Notes under the pieces: model-generated | Told to the model about the DNA's origin: nothing | Databases searched by the model: none | The model's input: only the letters and a program-made list of their open reading frames with translations | DNA from: Azolla caroliniana | Lineage: Eukaryota > Plantae > Polypodiophyta | DNA length: 64,000 nt | Direction of reading: 5' to 3' | Assembly: GCA_043228905.1 (NCBI GenBank) | Contig: JBHGNT010000009.1 | Location: 1,240,001 to 1,304,000, forward strand | Shown here: positions 47,538 through 60,200 of the stretch, in pieces | Layout: each line of letters begins with the position of its first letter | How positions within the stretch are numbered: the first letter of the stretch is position 1 | Program-made: the position numbers and the translations under genes

Positions 47538-50500
47538 GGTTTCAGGATGGTTACAAAGGAGGATAAGAGAGAGAGAGAGAGAGAGTGAGAGAATTCGAAT
47601 CAAACTGTCAAAACCAAGGATAAAAGATAGAGTGATGGAAGAAGGATAGAGAAGAATGGATGTATAAGATAGAGAAAGAAAGAGAATGGATACAAGATAT
47701 GTAATGAGAGCTAAAGACTGGTGTTGATTCGAATTGATTTGAGAATACATGTATGCGCAGGTTCCTATAGAATAGCTTAGAGATTTCTAGAATGTTCTAG
47801 AATCTTCTAGACCTAGAATGCTCTAGGACATTCTAGAACATTCTAGAATAATCTAGAGTTTTTACAATAATCAATGTAATACAAGAAGTAGCTTTTATTG
47901 TTTCATATAACAATAAGCTATCTTAATGGTTGAGGTTTTCAAGTATGAATTACAAGGTTCGAGGTTCAAGTCCAGGTGATGCCATAATGGTCATGTGTTC
48001 ATGACACGAGGTGGACAATACTTTGTAACGTTTATTGACGACTATAGTCGGAAACCATGGCCTTCGTACTGAAGTCGAAGGATCAAGTACTGTCGATTTT
48101 CAAGGAGTTCCAGGCAAGAATGGAAAGAGAGTTGGGTTGGAAACTGAAGGTTGTTTGAACTGACAATGGTGGCGAGTATAAAGGGCAGTTCGGAGAATAC
48201 TGCAAGAGCCAAGGTATTTGAATCGAATACACAGTACCAAAGACCCCAGAGTTGAACGGGCTTGCAGAGAGGATGAATTGAACGATCATGGAAATAGTAA
48301 GGACCATGCTCTCTCATGTGAAACTGCCGAAGTTGTATTGGGCTGAGGCGTTGTACACAACTGTTTATCTGATCAACAGGTCTCCCTCAGTGCCATTAAA
48401 GGGTGATGTCCCACAAAGGGTGTGGACAGGGAAGGATGTCTCCTACCAACACCTGAGGGGGTTTGGATGTTTGGCGTATATGCATGTACCAAAGGATCAG
48501 AGGTCAAAGCTTGACAGCAAGTCGAAAGCATGCATATTCATGGGATACTCGAAAGATGAGTTCGGCTACAGGCTATTGGACCTAGTCGACAAGAAGGTAG
48601 TGAGAAGTCAGGATGTAGTCTTTCTCGAAGACAAGACAATTGTAGACTGGAAGCAATAGAAGTCGGAACCGACTCCCTAGTCAACCTCGACTACCATCAA
48701 CTTAAGGCCAAGTGAGTTGTCACCAACAGTTGTAAGGAGACAGTTGGCCGACAGAGCCGAATCCGAGTCGGTCGACTCGGAAAGACTGACAGACTATGAG
48801 TCAGAGTTGGCAGAGCTGTTGAAGTCAATTGATGAAATATGAGTTGGAGTTATCCAACTCATATGATGCCGATTGACAAGCAAAATCCCGAGCAGAGAGA
48901 AGAGTTGGCAGAGACATCCAGACTGGAGCCAAGAACGAGTGGACGAAGATACCCACTCAGAGAAAGGAAGGCACCGATTACATATGCCGGTCAATATGTC
49001 CTCTTGACTGATGACGTGAACCAGAGTGCTATGAAGAAGCCATTGCCGACGAGAGCAAAGAAAAATGGTTGAGCACGATGCAAGAGGAGATGGAATCCTT
49101 GCACGCGAATTACACCTATGACCTAGTAGAGCTGCCGAAAGGGAAGATAGCACTCTGGAATAAATGGGTCTACAAGGTGAAGACTGGAGAAGTTGATAGC
49201 GAGCCCATGTATAAAGCCCACATAGTGGTGAAGGGTTTCCAACAGTAGAAGGGCGTCGACTTTGACAAAATATTCGCACCAGTCGTGAAGATGACATACA
49301 TTTGAACTGTTCTGAGCATAGCGGCCAGTTTGGACCTGGAGATCGAACAATTGGATGTCAAAATCGCATTTCTGCACGGGGAGCTAGAAGAAGAAATTTA
49401 CATGCAGCAACCCGAAGGCTTTGAGGAGAAAGGGAAAGAGAATCTAGTATGTTGATTGAGGAAAAGCTTGTACGGTTTGAAACAAGCTCCACGCCAATGG
49501 TACAAGAAATTCGAGTCCTTCATGATGGAACATTGGTTCCAGAAAACACAGGTTGATCATTGTGTGTTCTTAAAAAGGTACAAGGAAGGAGATTTCTTGA
49601 TTCTCTTGCTATATGTTGATGATATGTTGATAGTCGGCCAAGATGCAAGGAAGATTGGAAGCTTGAAGAAAGCTCTCGGCAAATCATTTGCCATGAAGGA
49701 CCTTGGACCGGCAAAGCAAATCCTAAGAATGCACATAACCCGAGACAGAGCTCGGAAGGTGCTATGGTTGTCACAATAGAAGTATGTGACGAAGTTCCTA
49801 GAGAGGTTCAACATGTCGAACGCAAAGTCGGTCGGCTCAGTGTTGCCAACAAATTGCAGATTGAATTTGAAGCAGTGTCCGAAAGGGTAGAAGGAAAAGG
49901 CTAAGATGAAGAAGGTACCATATGCCTCGGCCGTTGGCAGTCTAATGTATGCTATGGTCTGTACAAGACCGAACATAGCATTTGCTGTGGGAGCAATAAG
50001 CCAATATATGAGTAATCCAGGGAGAGAACATTGGGCAGTAGTGAAGTGGATACTCAGGTACCTGAAAGGCACCTCGGAGGTGTGCCTAAGGTATGATGTC
50101 GGAAAACTTGTGCTGGAAGGTTTTACCGATTTGGACATGTCAGGAGATGTCGACTCGAGATGATCCACGTCAGGGTATGTGATGACCTATGCAAGGGATC
50201 AGTGTCGTGGCAGTCACGACTGCAGAAATCTGCAGCCTTGTCCACTACATAGGCAGAGTATATGGCAGCGGTAGATGCCGGAAAAGACCTGATCTGGATG
50301 AGAAATTTTCTCACCGAATTAGGCATGAAGCAAAAGGAGTTCGTGCTTCATTGTGATAGCCAAACTCCCATACATCTAGCCAAGAACGCGGCATACCACT
50401 CTTGGACCAAGCACATACAGAGAAGGTATCACTGGTTACAGGAGAGAGTCGAAGAAGGAGAGTTTTCTCTCGAAAAGATCCATACTGACGACAATGGATC

Positions 50501-51639
50501 CGACATGCTGACGAAGAACCTACCTATGGACAGGCTCAGAGTCTTTTGACAAAATACAGGACTGACAGATTTCCTCCCACAAGAGTGAAGGGGGAGTTTG
50601 TTGGGAATATGTCCCTCCAGTGGGAGGATGATTCGACTGTTCGGAAAGCCGACAATCGAAGAGTCAGAAAACAGGAGCCGGCCGAGGCCGAAACCGGAAT
50701 CGAGTAAATAGCCAACTCGAGAGACTATACTTGTAAATAGTCTAAGTGTGCGCCCCATGAGGGCTACGTATGTAAATAACCAGAAAGTTGCGTAAGTATA
50801 TATGCAACTAGGGCAAACTTTTAGGTAACACAGTGTGTAAGAACAGAGGTAGTAGAAACAGAGAGAGAGCGTGAGAGAGAGAAGTGTGAGCCGCACCATA
50901 GCTGTGTGAGAAACATTAAACGTGAAGAGCCCTGTATGGCTGATACACTCGACAAAGTGTTGTATTCCTCTCGCTGTTGTATATTCACTTTGTATAGTAA
51001 AGTTCAGTTCCCGTGGTTTTCCCCGTTTTAGGGTTTCCACGTAAATCTTTGTGTACACCTGTTTATCTTGACTTTCTGGCACTTCTTGTGATTCGTATTT
51101 CAGCGCATAGTTTATTTATTGTGATCTATTCCGCATCGATTTCTCAACAATGGCGAGTCATAAATTAATAGTTTAATATATATAAAAAAAATATAACTTT
51201 ATTTAAAGATATTTTGTGATTAGTCAAAATGATTTGATCTATCTCAAAACTCATGGGTTCAACACCTAACTTGGAAAAACCAATCCTTATGATGACATAA
51301 TTGGGGAACCAAATGTGAACAACGCGAGGCAGTAGATGGAGGCATCATAGATGATGGGTATTGTCTTGGTGGCCAATGGCTTGGGGGAATCAATAATAAT
51401 AGGGAGTGTTCCAAAGCTCTGAATTCTTTGATTTCTAATGAAGGTGAACAAGGTGATGTTGTAGGATAATAAGGAGCAACAAAGTATCTCAAGATGGCGA
51501 AACAATTCAAGATGCAGACTATCAAAAAGATCTAGATGAGTGTCAAGTAGTTATGAAGTTGGTGACATCAAAATTAGAGCCTTAAGACATATCTATTCAC
51601 AAGGAAAAGGATCTACATTATCTTGGTTTGGTTTTGATT

Positions 51640-53361
51640 TGTAAAAGAATATGTGCGGAAGTGTATGTGGAGGAAACAAAGTACACAGTTGGTTATTTGG
51701 AAGTATAACAATTAGGTAAACACAAAGTACGGATGAGAGAGAGAGAGAGAGAGAGACTGAGTAGCCCAGACACAACTATATCAAAAAATAAAATTCTCAA
51801 TACATACAATGTGATCAGTTAGCACTATTTATACAAGTCCTTAATACATACTAGGGAAGTTTATTTTGATTCTCAACATGCCCCCTCAAACACAACTTTT
51901 GATCATTGGATAGTTGGTTTAGATTGGTCTTCGGATCGGCTTCGATTATCAGCTCCGGCTTCGGTTGTGAGTAACTGGTTCAATCCTATGTTTGTTCTGC
52001 CCCGTTCGACTTCATGTCAAACAACTCCTTATCCATACTCCCCCTCAAGCTCGGCCAGTTAGCAATAGAAAGACCTAGGTTTGTTGTGAATTACCGCAAC
52101 TTGTCAGCTCCCAAGGCCTTCGTGAAGATGTCGACCATCTGTAGGTGCACGCTGATGTGTTGTAGGTCGACATCTCCGGCCAAGAAATGCTCTCGGATGA
52201 ACTGATAATGCACCTCTATGTGCTGGTCTGAGCGTGAAAGATTGGGTTCTGAGCCAGATGAATACTGCTCATGTTGTCGCAATAAAGGAGAATTTGATCC
52301 ATGATAGGAACGCCCAGATCCTTTAAGATTCTTTTGAGCCAAACGGCTTTGCATGCGGTGGCGGTCGTGCCCCTATATTTGGCTTCTGTGCTTGATAGTG
52401 CGACTGTCGGCTGCTTCTTGCTACTCCAAGATATGGCTCTGTTGCCGAGGGAGAAGACAAAGCCCGATGTGGATCGTTTGTCAGCATCGGTGTACCGTTT
52501 GAGTCTAATCGGTGTGGCCGATTTGTATAGGACACTGTAATCGATGGTTCCACACACATAACGTAACACTCGCTTAGCAAAGTCCAGGTGAATGTTTCGT
52601 GGTGTCTACATAAACTGGCTAAGGAGGTCGACCAGGTAACTGAGGTCAGGTCGAGTAATGGTGAGGTAGATTAGGCTTCAGACTAGCTGTCGATAGAAAG
52701 TCGGCTCACACTCTTCTGTGCCAGACTCGACATCTAGCTTTAGGTTTTGATTGAGAGGGGTGGCGACGACCTTACACTCTGTTATCCCAAACTTGAATAA
52801 AAGATTAAGGATATAGTGATGTTGGGAGATCATGATAATGTCAAGAGTCTGAATTATTTCTATACCTAGAAAGTAATGTAGCTCCTTCATGTCTTTCATT
52901 TCGAATCGTTCGGAGAGAACCTTTTTTATATGAACGATATCTACTAAATGTTTTCCTCCAAAAGTCATCCACATATATTATGATAAATACCTGTCCTCTG
53001 GAATTGCTCCGGATGAACAGAGAAATGTCAGATTGAGACATTTCGAAGTCGATTTGGTGAAGATATTGGGTTATCTTCGAATTCCATGTTCTAGGTGCCT
53101 GCTTGAGGCCGTAGAGAGGCTCTTTGAGTTGGCATATCGCTTGCAGGTGTGTGCTCGACTTAAAACCGGGTGGTTGTACCATGTATACCTCCTCTTCTAA
53201 TTCGCCTTAATGAAAGGCGTTCTTGACGTCCATTTGGTGGAGGTGCCACCCTTTGACTACTGCAAGTGTGATCATAGTTTGAATGGTAATCATCTTTACC
53301 AGCAAAGGTCTCTTCGTAATTGACATCGTATGTCTGTGCATAGCCTTTTGCCACAAGCCAG
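51640..53361 (-). mobile_element. 3' portion of a degenerate Copia (RT, RH, 3' LTR 51640-51878)
   Basis: [32 protein letters not shown] motifs; PPT and TGTTGAG LTR start. LTR end resembles that at 13924. Confidence 0.85.
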
Positions 53362-54171
53362 TGTCACGGGTTTTCGTGTGTGTGTGTGTCAGAAACGGGG
53401 CGGGACCACCGGGTCTTGGACCAAGGAGCCGGTAATGGAGGAGAGATTATCCAGATCGGTTTCCGGATTGGTATCCGGTGGTATCAGGATCGGTTTACGG
53501 ACAAGTCTCTGGACGCCGGCTAACGAGCGTGCGGATTGAGAAGTGTACACGATTTCAAGACTACAACCGGATAACGGGAGATGAACGCACGGGCTCGAGG
53601 TCCCAACTAAGCATGCAACAAGAGGGAACAAAGGTAAGAGCATAATAGGGACAGAGAATGACACCCAACGACACAAGGTGATCTGGATAGCAAAAAGATG
53701 ATCTATTAATTAGGAATAATAGAAATACAACCGGACTCGGCCGACGATAGAGCTTTCAGCTCTCCACACTGACACACACTGATGCCAACAAGCCTCCAAT
53801 CGGGAGCACACGGGCTTCCAACGCGATACGGAGGCCTCACAGCACAATGACCGAAACAAAAAACAGAAAACAGAGGATGGAGAAAATGGATAACTAAAGA
53901 TCTCGGTTTGGCAACACTTCACTCTCTAGAATGTTGATCCCTCAATAGTTCAACACCTCCCTTTTATAGCTCAAGGGGAGGCCGTTACATCGTGGATTAT
54001 GACAGCCATTTCTTTCATCGGTTATTCCTCGATTCTCTCTCCCCTCATATCCTAATATTTGCGTGGGACATAAAGTACCCATTAACTACCCTACTTATTA
54101 CTTATGCTATTTACAATTGTTGGTACATAAAAATAAGTTTCGTGTGCATCCATGCACACCCCATTTCACGC
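53362..54171 (-). repeat. Phygy-like LTR fragment (U5 end at 53362)
   Basis: TGTCAC start followed by GCGGGACCACCGGGTCTTGGAC, shared with LTRs A and B. Confidence 0.7.
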
Positions 54172-54720
54172 TGTCGCAGTATTCCGTGAGTACGTGTAAG
54201 ATCTTTGGCGGGACCGCGGAGGTCTTGGACTAGGGAGTAGAAGGGGAATGGAAGCTTAGCTCGAGAGGAGAGGAGAAAGATTAGGACATAAACATAGAAT
54301 GGATGGAACAAGAAGATAGATGGAGGCAAGCTACACAACAAGTTATATTAAGACTCCGTGAATGATTACAACCATGGCCACATACGCCGCACCAAAACAA
54401 CGACAAGAAAACCCTAACCGGATAAGTAAAGTAAAGAAGATGATGAAGAAGAAACCCTAAACCCGAAATGGTATGAAGAAGAATAGTAAAACCCTAGACG
54501 AAACCCTAAAACCGAAATAGACGACCTAAGTGGTATACCTCTCACACTCAGAATAGGCAACCCCCTTCAGAAGAGACCCCTCCCTTACTTGTATAGCCCA
54601 AGGAGGGAGGGACGTTACAATGTGGGATAAATTCGTCCGAGACCCCTATGGTCCCGCCCCTTCTACACGCACGCGCGTAATAACACGACACCGTGCGTCG
54701 ATGTCATCCTCCGAATACGC
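54172..54720 (-). repeat. Second Phygy-like LTR nested in the previous one, interrupted near its end
   Basis: TGTCGC start, GGCGGGACCGCGGAGGTCTTGGAC motif, AAACCCTA motifs and GTTACAATGTGGGA as in LTR B. Confidence 0.7.
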
Positions 54721-57280
54721 TGTCGTGACGTTTCCAGCACATAGTGAGAAACCGGGACATATTGGAGGGATCTGCGAGGTGCAACGTGTGCACCCATCCT
54801 TGTAAATTTGTATAGGGAATAGGGGCACCTTTATGGCGCCGAACGACAATTATTACGGGACAGAGAATCCCATGTATCGTGGGTTTATCTCACATTCCAC
54901 GGGACCCTCACCTTGTTCTATAAAAGGGAGGGCACGACCTTTGTATAGGGGTTCCCAGTTTTTCGCTTGGGTTCCAATTTTACTTTTTCTCTCTTCAGGC
55001 TCTATCTTGATTTGTATGCTTTAGTGTTCACAGAGTTCCCCTCTACGGGTTCCATTGTTGTTCCTATGTAATATAACACAACAGTTTTTGTTCTACTTCT
55101 GTGTTTTCTTCCTTTCGTCTTGTTCTCTTTTCTCTGTTTTTGTTAGGGTTTTTGTGTGCCCTTTTTGAAGGTCTTCCGTTCTGTTGAAGATGTGAGTTCA
55201 TGCGCGTTTATGTGTGTGTGCAGGTGTTAAGGTGTCTTCGTTGTCTTTCGTGGTGAAGTGCGCACTCGGTTGTCTGGTAGGAAGCTCCCTCTTCTCTGGC
55301 GTGCAAGACCCACGAGAGACGGTGAGTTGAACACTCCTGGTAGGCGGTTCGGCAACAAGAGGTGGTCGTTCAAGAAAAGGGGGTGTGCCCTACACGAGGA
55401 TCCCATCGCGCGTCTGAGCCTGGGTGATCCCCGACCAGTCCCGGGATGCAGACTCCCTCTTTCCCTCTCTATGAGGAACCGGCGTCGTGTGCGTGAGCCT
55501 GAGTTCTAACCGGTGCAAAGAGCCGGTTAAAGCCGGGTGTATATGTGTGCGTGCGTGCGCGGTTAACCGGGAGAGGGTGTGGAGCGAGCCACCCTCTCGA
55601 CATGCGGAGAGAGACGACCTGGGATAAGGGTCGGAGTCTAAACGGAGGCCCAAGGAGGATCCTTCTCACCGGATCTAGAGACTTTGGCGGTCGGCATCAG
55701 ATCCGATGTAAGACTAAGAGACTGACGGTGGCGGCGAGGGGCCCAGGGCGGAAGGTAGGAATAGGCTAGTCCTATGGGTCACCTCACACCGGATCTAGAG
55801 ACTTCGGCGGTCGGCATCGAATCCGACGTAAGACCAAGATACTGACGGTGGCGGCAGGGGAGCGGGACCCGACAATCTAGACAATGACGGGCGGACCCGG
55901 GCGAGAACCGGGGGGAGCAGACTTCCGTATACCCGATCCGGAAGGGAGGAAGAGAGCAGGCCTACGAAGAGGCAGGGAACACGGTACGTCGGTACCACGG
56001 GAGAGGGTGTGGAGCGAGCCACCCTCTCGACATGCAGAGAGAGACGACCCGGGATAAGGGTCGAGGTCTAAACGGAGGCCCAAGGAGGATTCTTCACACC
56101 AGATCTAGAGACTTCGGCGGCCGGCAACGGATCCCACGTAAGACCAAGAGACTGATGGTGGCAGCGAGGGGACGAGGGCGGAAGGCAGGGATAGGCCGGT
56201 CCTATGGGTCACCTCACACCGAATCTAGAGAGTTCGGCGGTCGGCATCGGATCCGACATAAGACCAAGATAGTGACGGTGGCGGCAGGAAACGGAACCTG
56301 GCTACGCGGAAGACACGAGGAGAGTCGAGACGAACTCAAACAAAAGACACCCCGAATTTCGGCAAGCAGGGAAACAAAGTCCCGTCCTATGGGATCCTCA
56401 CACCGATCTGGAAACTCCAGTTGTTCGGCCAACGTGAGACGGAGAGAGAAAGTCGGTGGCGGCAGGGAAACAAAGTCCCGTCCTATGGGATCCTCACACC
56501 GATCTGGAAACTCCAGTTGTTCGGCCAACGTGAGACGGAGAGAGAAAGTCGGTGGCGGCAGGGAACTGGACCAGGCAACACGAAGTAGCGGATCGGGAGT
56601 TGTCTAATTGTGAAACCCTTACCGACCGGTTACAGTTTCCGAGAGGGCCGACAAGGCACACCCAAGGCGGAACAAGAGTCGTGCAAGTGGCCATGGCGGG
56701 CCAAATCAGAGAATGACTAAGAGACGGCACAGGGAGGTGACGGGAATGTGACGGACTGCAAGGGTCGGAGACCGGAAATGATATACGGGCTAGAGAAGGA
56801 TCCTCTACACCCGCTTCAGAGATCTCGGCGGTTGAGTCAGAGTGGCGACGTCTAGCGTGGCAAGCCAAGCCCGAGATGCCAAGCCGGTGGGAGCGAGGGG
56901 ACAATGGCAAGCAGAAGCCTCCGGACCGGTTGCAGCAGCGCAAGACGAAAGGAGGGCCAAGTAGGCTACTGTGGGTGTTCCTCGGACGCAAAGGACACCA
57001 ATAAGTGGAGAAAGAAGAGTGGTGGTGTTGGGACCTTACACACACCAATTCTAGAGACTCCGGCATCCGGCCCGAGAGCTGGTGTGAGACTTAGAGTGAC
57101 GGACGGTGGTGGCGGCAAGGAAGGCAACTGGAATGACACGACGATGGACTGAGCCCAAGCGGGCCACTGTGGGTGTTCCTCAAGCGGAGGACACCGGACT
57201 TACGGTGGAGAGCGGAGAGCAGAGCGTGCATTCGGCTGAACGAAGGGCCGACAACGAAGCACGTGTATTACAGGATCAAC
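54721..57280 (+). mobile_element. Deleted Phygy-like element: 5' part of LTR (54721-55566) fused to the repeat-rich 3' internal region
   Basis: LTR matches 63517-64000 and 62351-62540. Internal units are homologous to element B 1200-2400. 96-bp tandem duplication at about 56367-56560. Confidence 0.75.
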
Positions 57281-60200
57281 ATTATGTTTCAGAACAAAAA
57301 TGTTGTTAATCAGGTTTCGGTATTTCGGAAGCTAGTAAGACTCCGGTACCAAGATGGCTCCAGCATGGCGGAGCACATGAATGCCTTCCAGGGGCTGATA
57401 CACCAGGCAACATCATTGGAAGTACCTCTCGCCAATGAGGTACTAGCACTGCTCCTGCTCGGTTCCCTCCCAAATAGCTGGGAGACGTTGGTTGTTACCT
57501 TAGGAAATGTCGGGCCGGAAGGGAAACGTTTATCCCTAGCAAGAGTGAAGTCGATCTTGCTAGATGAGGAGGCGCGTCGGAAAGACAAAGATACGAGCTC
57601 CGACTCCAAAGCGCTCCTTACTGAATCGGAGCACGAAAGACAAAGGAACCGTAGTCCCCAGAACCAGGAAAAGTCGGGGACATGATCAAAGTCAAGGGGG
57701 AGGCCCACTTGCTTCTATTGCCGCAAGCCGGGACACTTCCAGACGAATTGTCGGCACTTCCGAAAAGACAAGGAAACCGACGGTACCAATTCGAAGCAGA
57801 CTCCGGACCGGAACGGTAAAGACCGGAGGGGACCGTACCGGAAGGGAACGACAACAATCGCGGCAAGTGAAGAAGAGTTGATGCTCATCACCGAGGAGAG
57901 TGAGTTGAACCTTGCCGGCGAGGAGACAACATGGGTTGTCGATTCCGGAGCGTTGTTCCACCTTACCCCAGATCCGAAATGCTTCTCATCCTACACAACC
58001 GGTGATCATGGCTATGTCCGGATGGGGAATGAAGGCACATGCCGAATTGTAGGCATAGGAGACGCATGGTTGACAACACCAACCGGATGCAAGCTGCTGT
58101 TGAAGGATGTCTGGCACGTTCCGAAGGTTCGACTGAACCTGATATCAGCCGGTCGGCTAGATGATGAAGGCTACACGGGTAGCATCCGGAGCGGAGTTAT
58201 CAAATTCAGCAAAGGGAGCCTAATAGTTGCTCGGGCCCGGAAGGTCAACACCCTGTACCGGATGAATGCCCGGTTATGCCCGGAAGAAGTGAACGTGGCT
58301 TCCGACACTGCCGGTGAGCTGTGGTACAAGAGATTGTGTCACATGAGCGTGAAGGGGATGAAGAGGCTTGCCGATGACAATCTCATTGCGGTGAAGAACA
58401 TGCATCTTGAGAGGTGCACCGATTGCCTAGCTGGTAAGCAAAACCGGACCTCCTTCCGATCAAGGTCACTGATGAGATGTAATGCACCATTGGAGTTGGT
58501 GCATACCGATGTGTGTCAAGTGGACACAAAGTCCCATGCCGGAGCGCAGTACTTCATGACGTTCATAGATGACCACAACAGGAGGCTGTGGGCCACACCG
58601 TTGAAGACGAAGGATCAGGTGTTATCCGTCTTCAATGAGCTCCACGCAAGAGTGGAAAGAGAAACTGGACGGAAGCTGAAGGCAGTTCGAGCAGATAACG
58701 GAGGGGAATATCGGGGGTAGTTCGAGGAGTACTGACGCTCAAAGGGAATCCGACTCGAATTTACCGTGCCGAAGACGTCGGAACTAAACAGGCTAGCCGA
58801 GAGGATGAACCAGACCATATAGGAGAGGGTCCGGAGTATGCTAGCACATGCTAAACTACCCAAGAAGTTTTGGGCTGAGGCGTTGTCGACAACGACGTAT
58901 GTGATAAACAGATCACCCTCTGTGCCCTTGGATGGAGACACGCCGCAAAAGGTGTTGCCCGGTAAGGAAGTGTCCTACCGGCATTTGAAGGTATTCGGGT
59001 GTCTCGCGTACGTGCATGTTGCTAAGGACCGGAGAGGAAAGTTGGATCCAAAGTCCCGGCCATGCATATTCCTCAGATACGGCGATGATGAGTTCGGCTA
59101 CCGAGTGTACGATCCGGTAGACAAGAAGGACAAGACTCTTGCCGACTGCGAGTCGGAGAAGAAGATAATGAACTCCGATGAGATTCGGACCCACCCGGCT
59201 AAGAGCCGGTTGACACTCGAGGAACCAGCCGGTTACAGTGAGGATACCGAATTGGTAGAAGAAGTAGAGGAAGCTGAAACCGGAACCGGCCAATTCCCCG
59301 AATCGGATTTGGATGAAGAATAAATAGAGGAGCCGGTTGCCGAAAGCCAAAGATGGAGATATTCTCTCATAGAGAGAAGGCCCCCCCGGAGATTTCCGGA
59401 TGCAGAGCATGTGCTGCTGACCGATGAGGGGGAGTCGGAAAGCTTCGAAGAAGCGAAGGATGACACCCATAGCCGCAAGTGGTTGAGTGCCATGCAGGAC
59501 GAGATGGATTCCTTGCATGAGAACCACACGTATGAATTGGTGGAGTTGCCGAAAGGAAAGAGGGCACTCTGAAACAAGTGGTTGTACAAGTTGAAACCGG
59601 GAGATGCCGACAACCCTCTAAGGTACAAAGCCAGGATCATGGTGAAAGGGTTCTAGCAGAAGAAGGGCATGGACTTGGACGAGATATTTGCCCTGGTAGT
59701 AAAGATGACTTCCATCCGGACAGTGTTGAGCATAGCGGCCACCATGGACCTCAAGGTAGAGCAGTTAGACGTGAAGACGACGTTCCTCCACGACAACCTC
59801 GAAGAGGAGATCTACATGCAGCAACCGGAAGGATTCGTGAAGAAAGGGAAGGAGCACCTGGTTTGCCGGTTGAAAAAGAGCCTCTATGGGTTGAAGCAGG
59901 CTCCCCAGCAATGGTACCGGAAGTTCGATTCCTTCATGACTGATCAAGGGTACCACAAGACACAGGCCGATCACTGCATATTTGTGAAGAAGTTCGAAGG
60001 TGGAGACTTGTTGATACTCCTCTTATACATGGACGACATGTTGATCGTCGGACGAGACCAAGTCAAGATACGGATGCTGAAGAAGGCCCTGAACCGGACC
60101 TTCTCAATGAAAGACTTGGGGATGCATATCATCTGGGACCGGCCAACGAAGCAATTGTGGCTGTCACAAGAGAAGTACGTGACAAAGGTGCTTCAGCGGT

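Larger units (their letters stand above)
42364..48006 (-). mobile_element. Young chromodomain Ty3/Gypsy element (Tcn1/Tf1-sushi-like)
   Basis: LTRs 42364-42777 and 47606-48006 (TGTCA...TGACA), perfect TSD CGAGG, PPT GAAGGAGGGATAG, uninterrupted polyprotein. Confidence 0.96.
40289..51149 (+). mobile_element. Full-length degenerate Ty1/Copia (Tnt1/Tork-like), interrupted by the chromovirus
   Basis: LTRs 40289-40833 and 50599-51149; PBS TGGTATCAGAGC (tRNA-iMet) 40837-40848; gag, CCHC, PR WVIDSS, INT, RT YVDD, RH; PPT GAAGGGGGAG. Flanks GTGTC / ATGGC match only 3/5. Confidence 0.93.

Noticed and set aside
47538-47750. 71-aa hydrophobic N-terminal extension of the 1662-aa ORF (env or signal-like)
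   Set aside because: It starts inside the LTR upstream of the predicted TSS and crosses a CT microsatellite. MAAINSEE is the plausible start.
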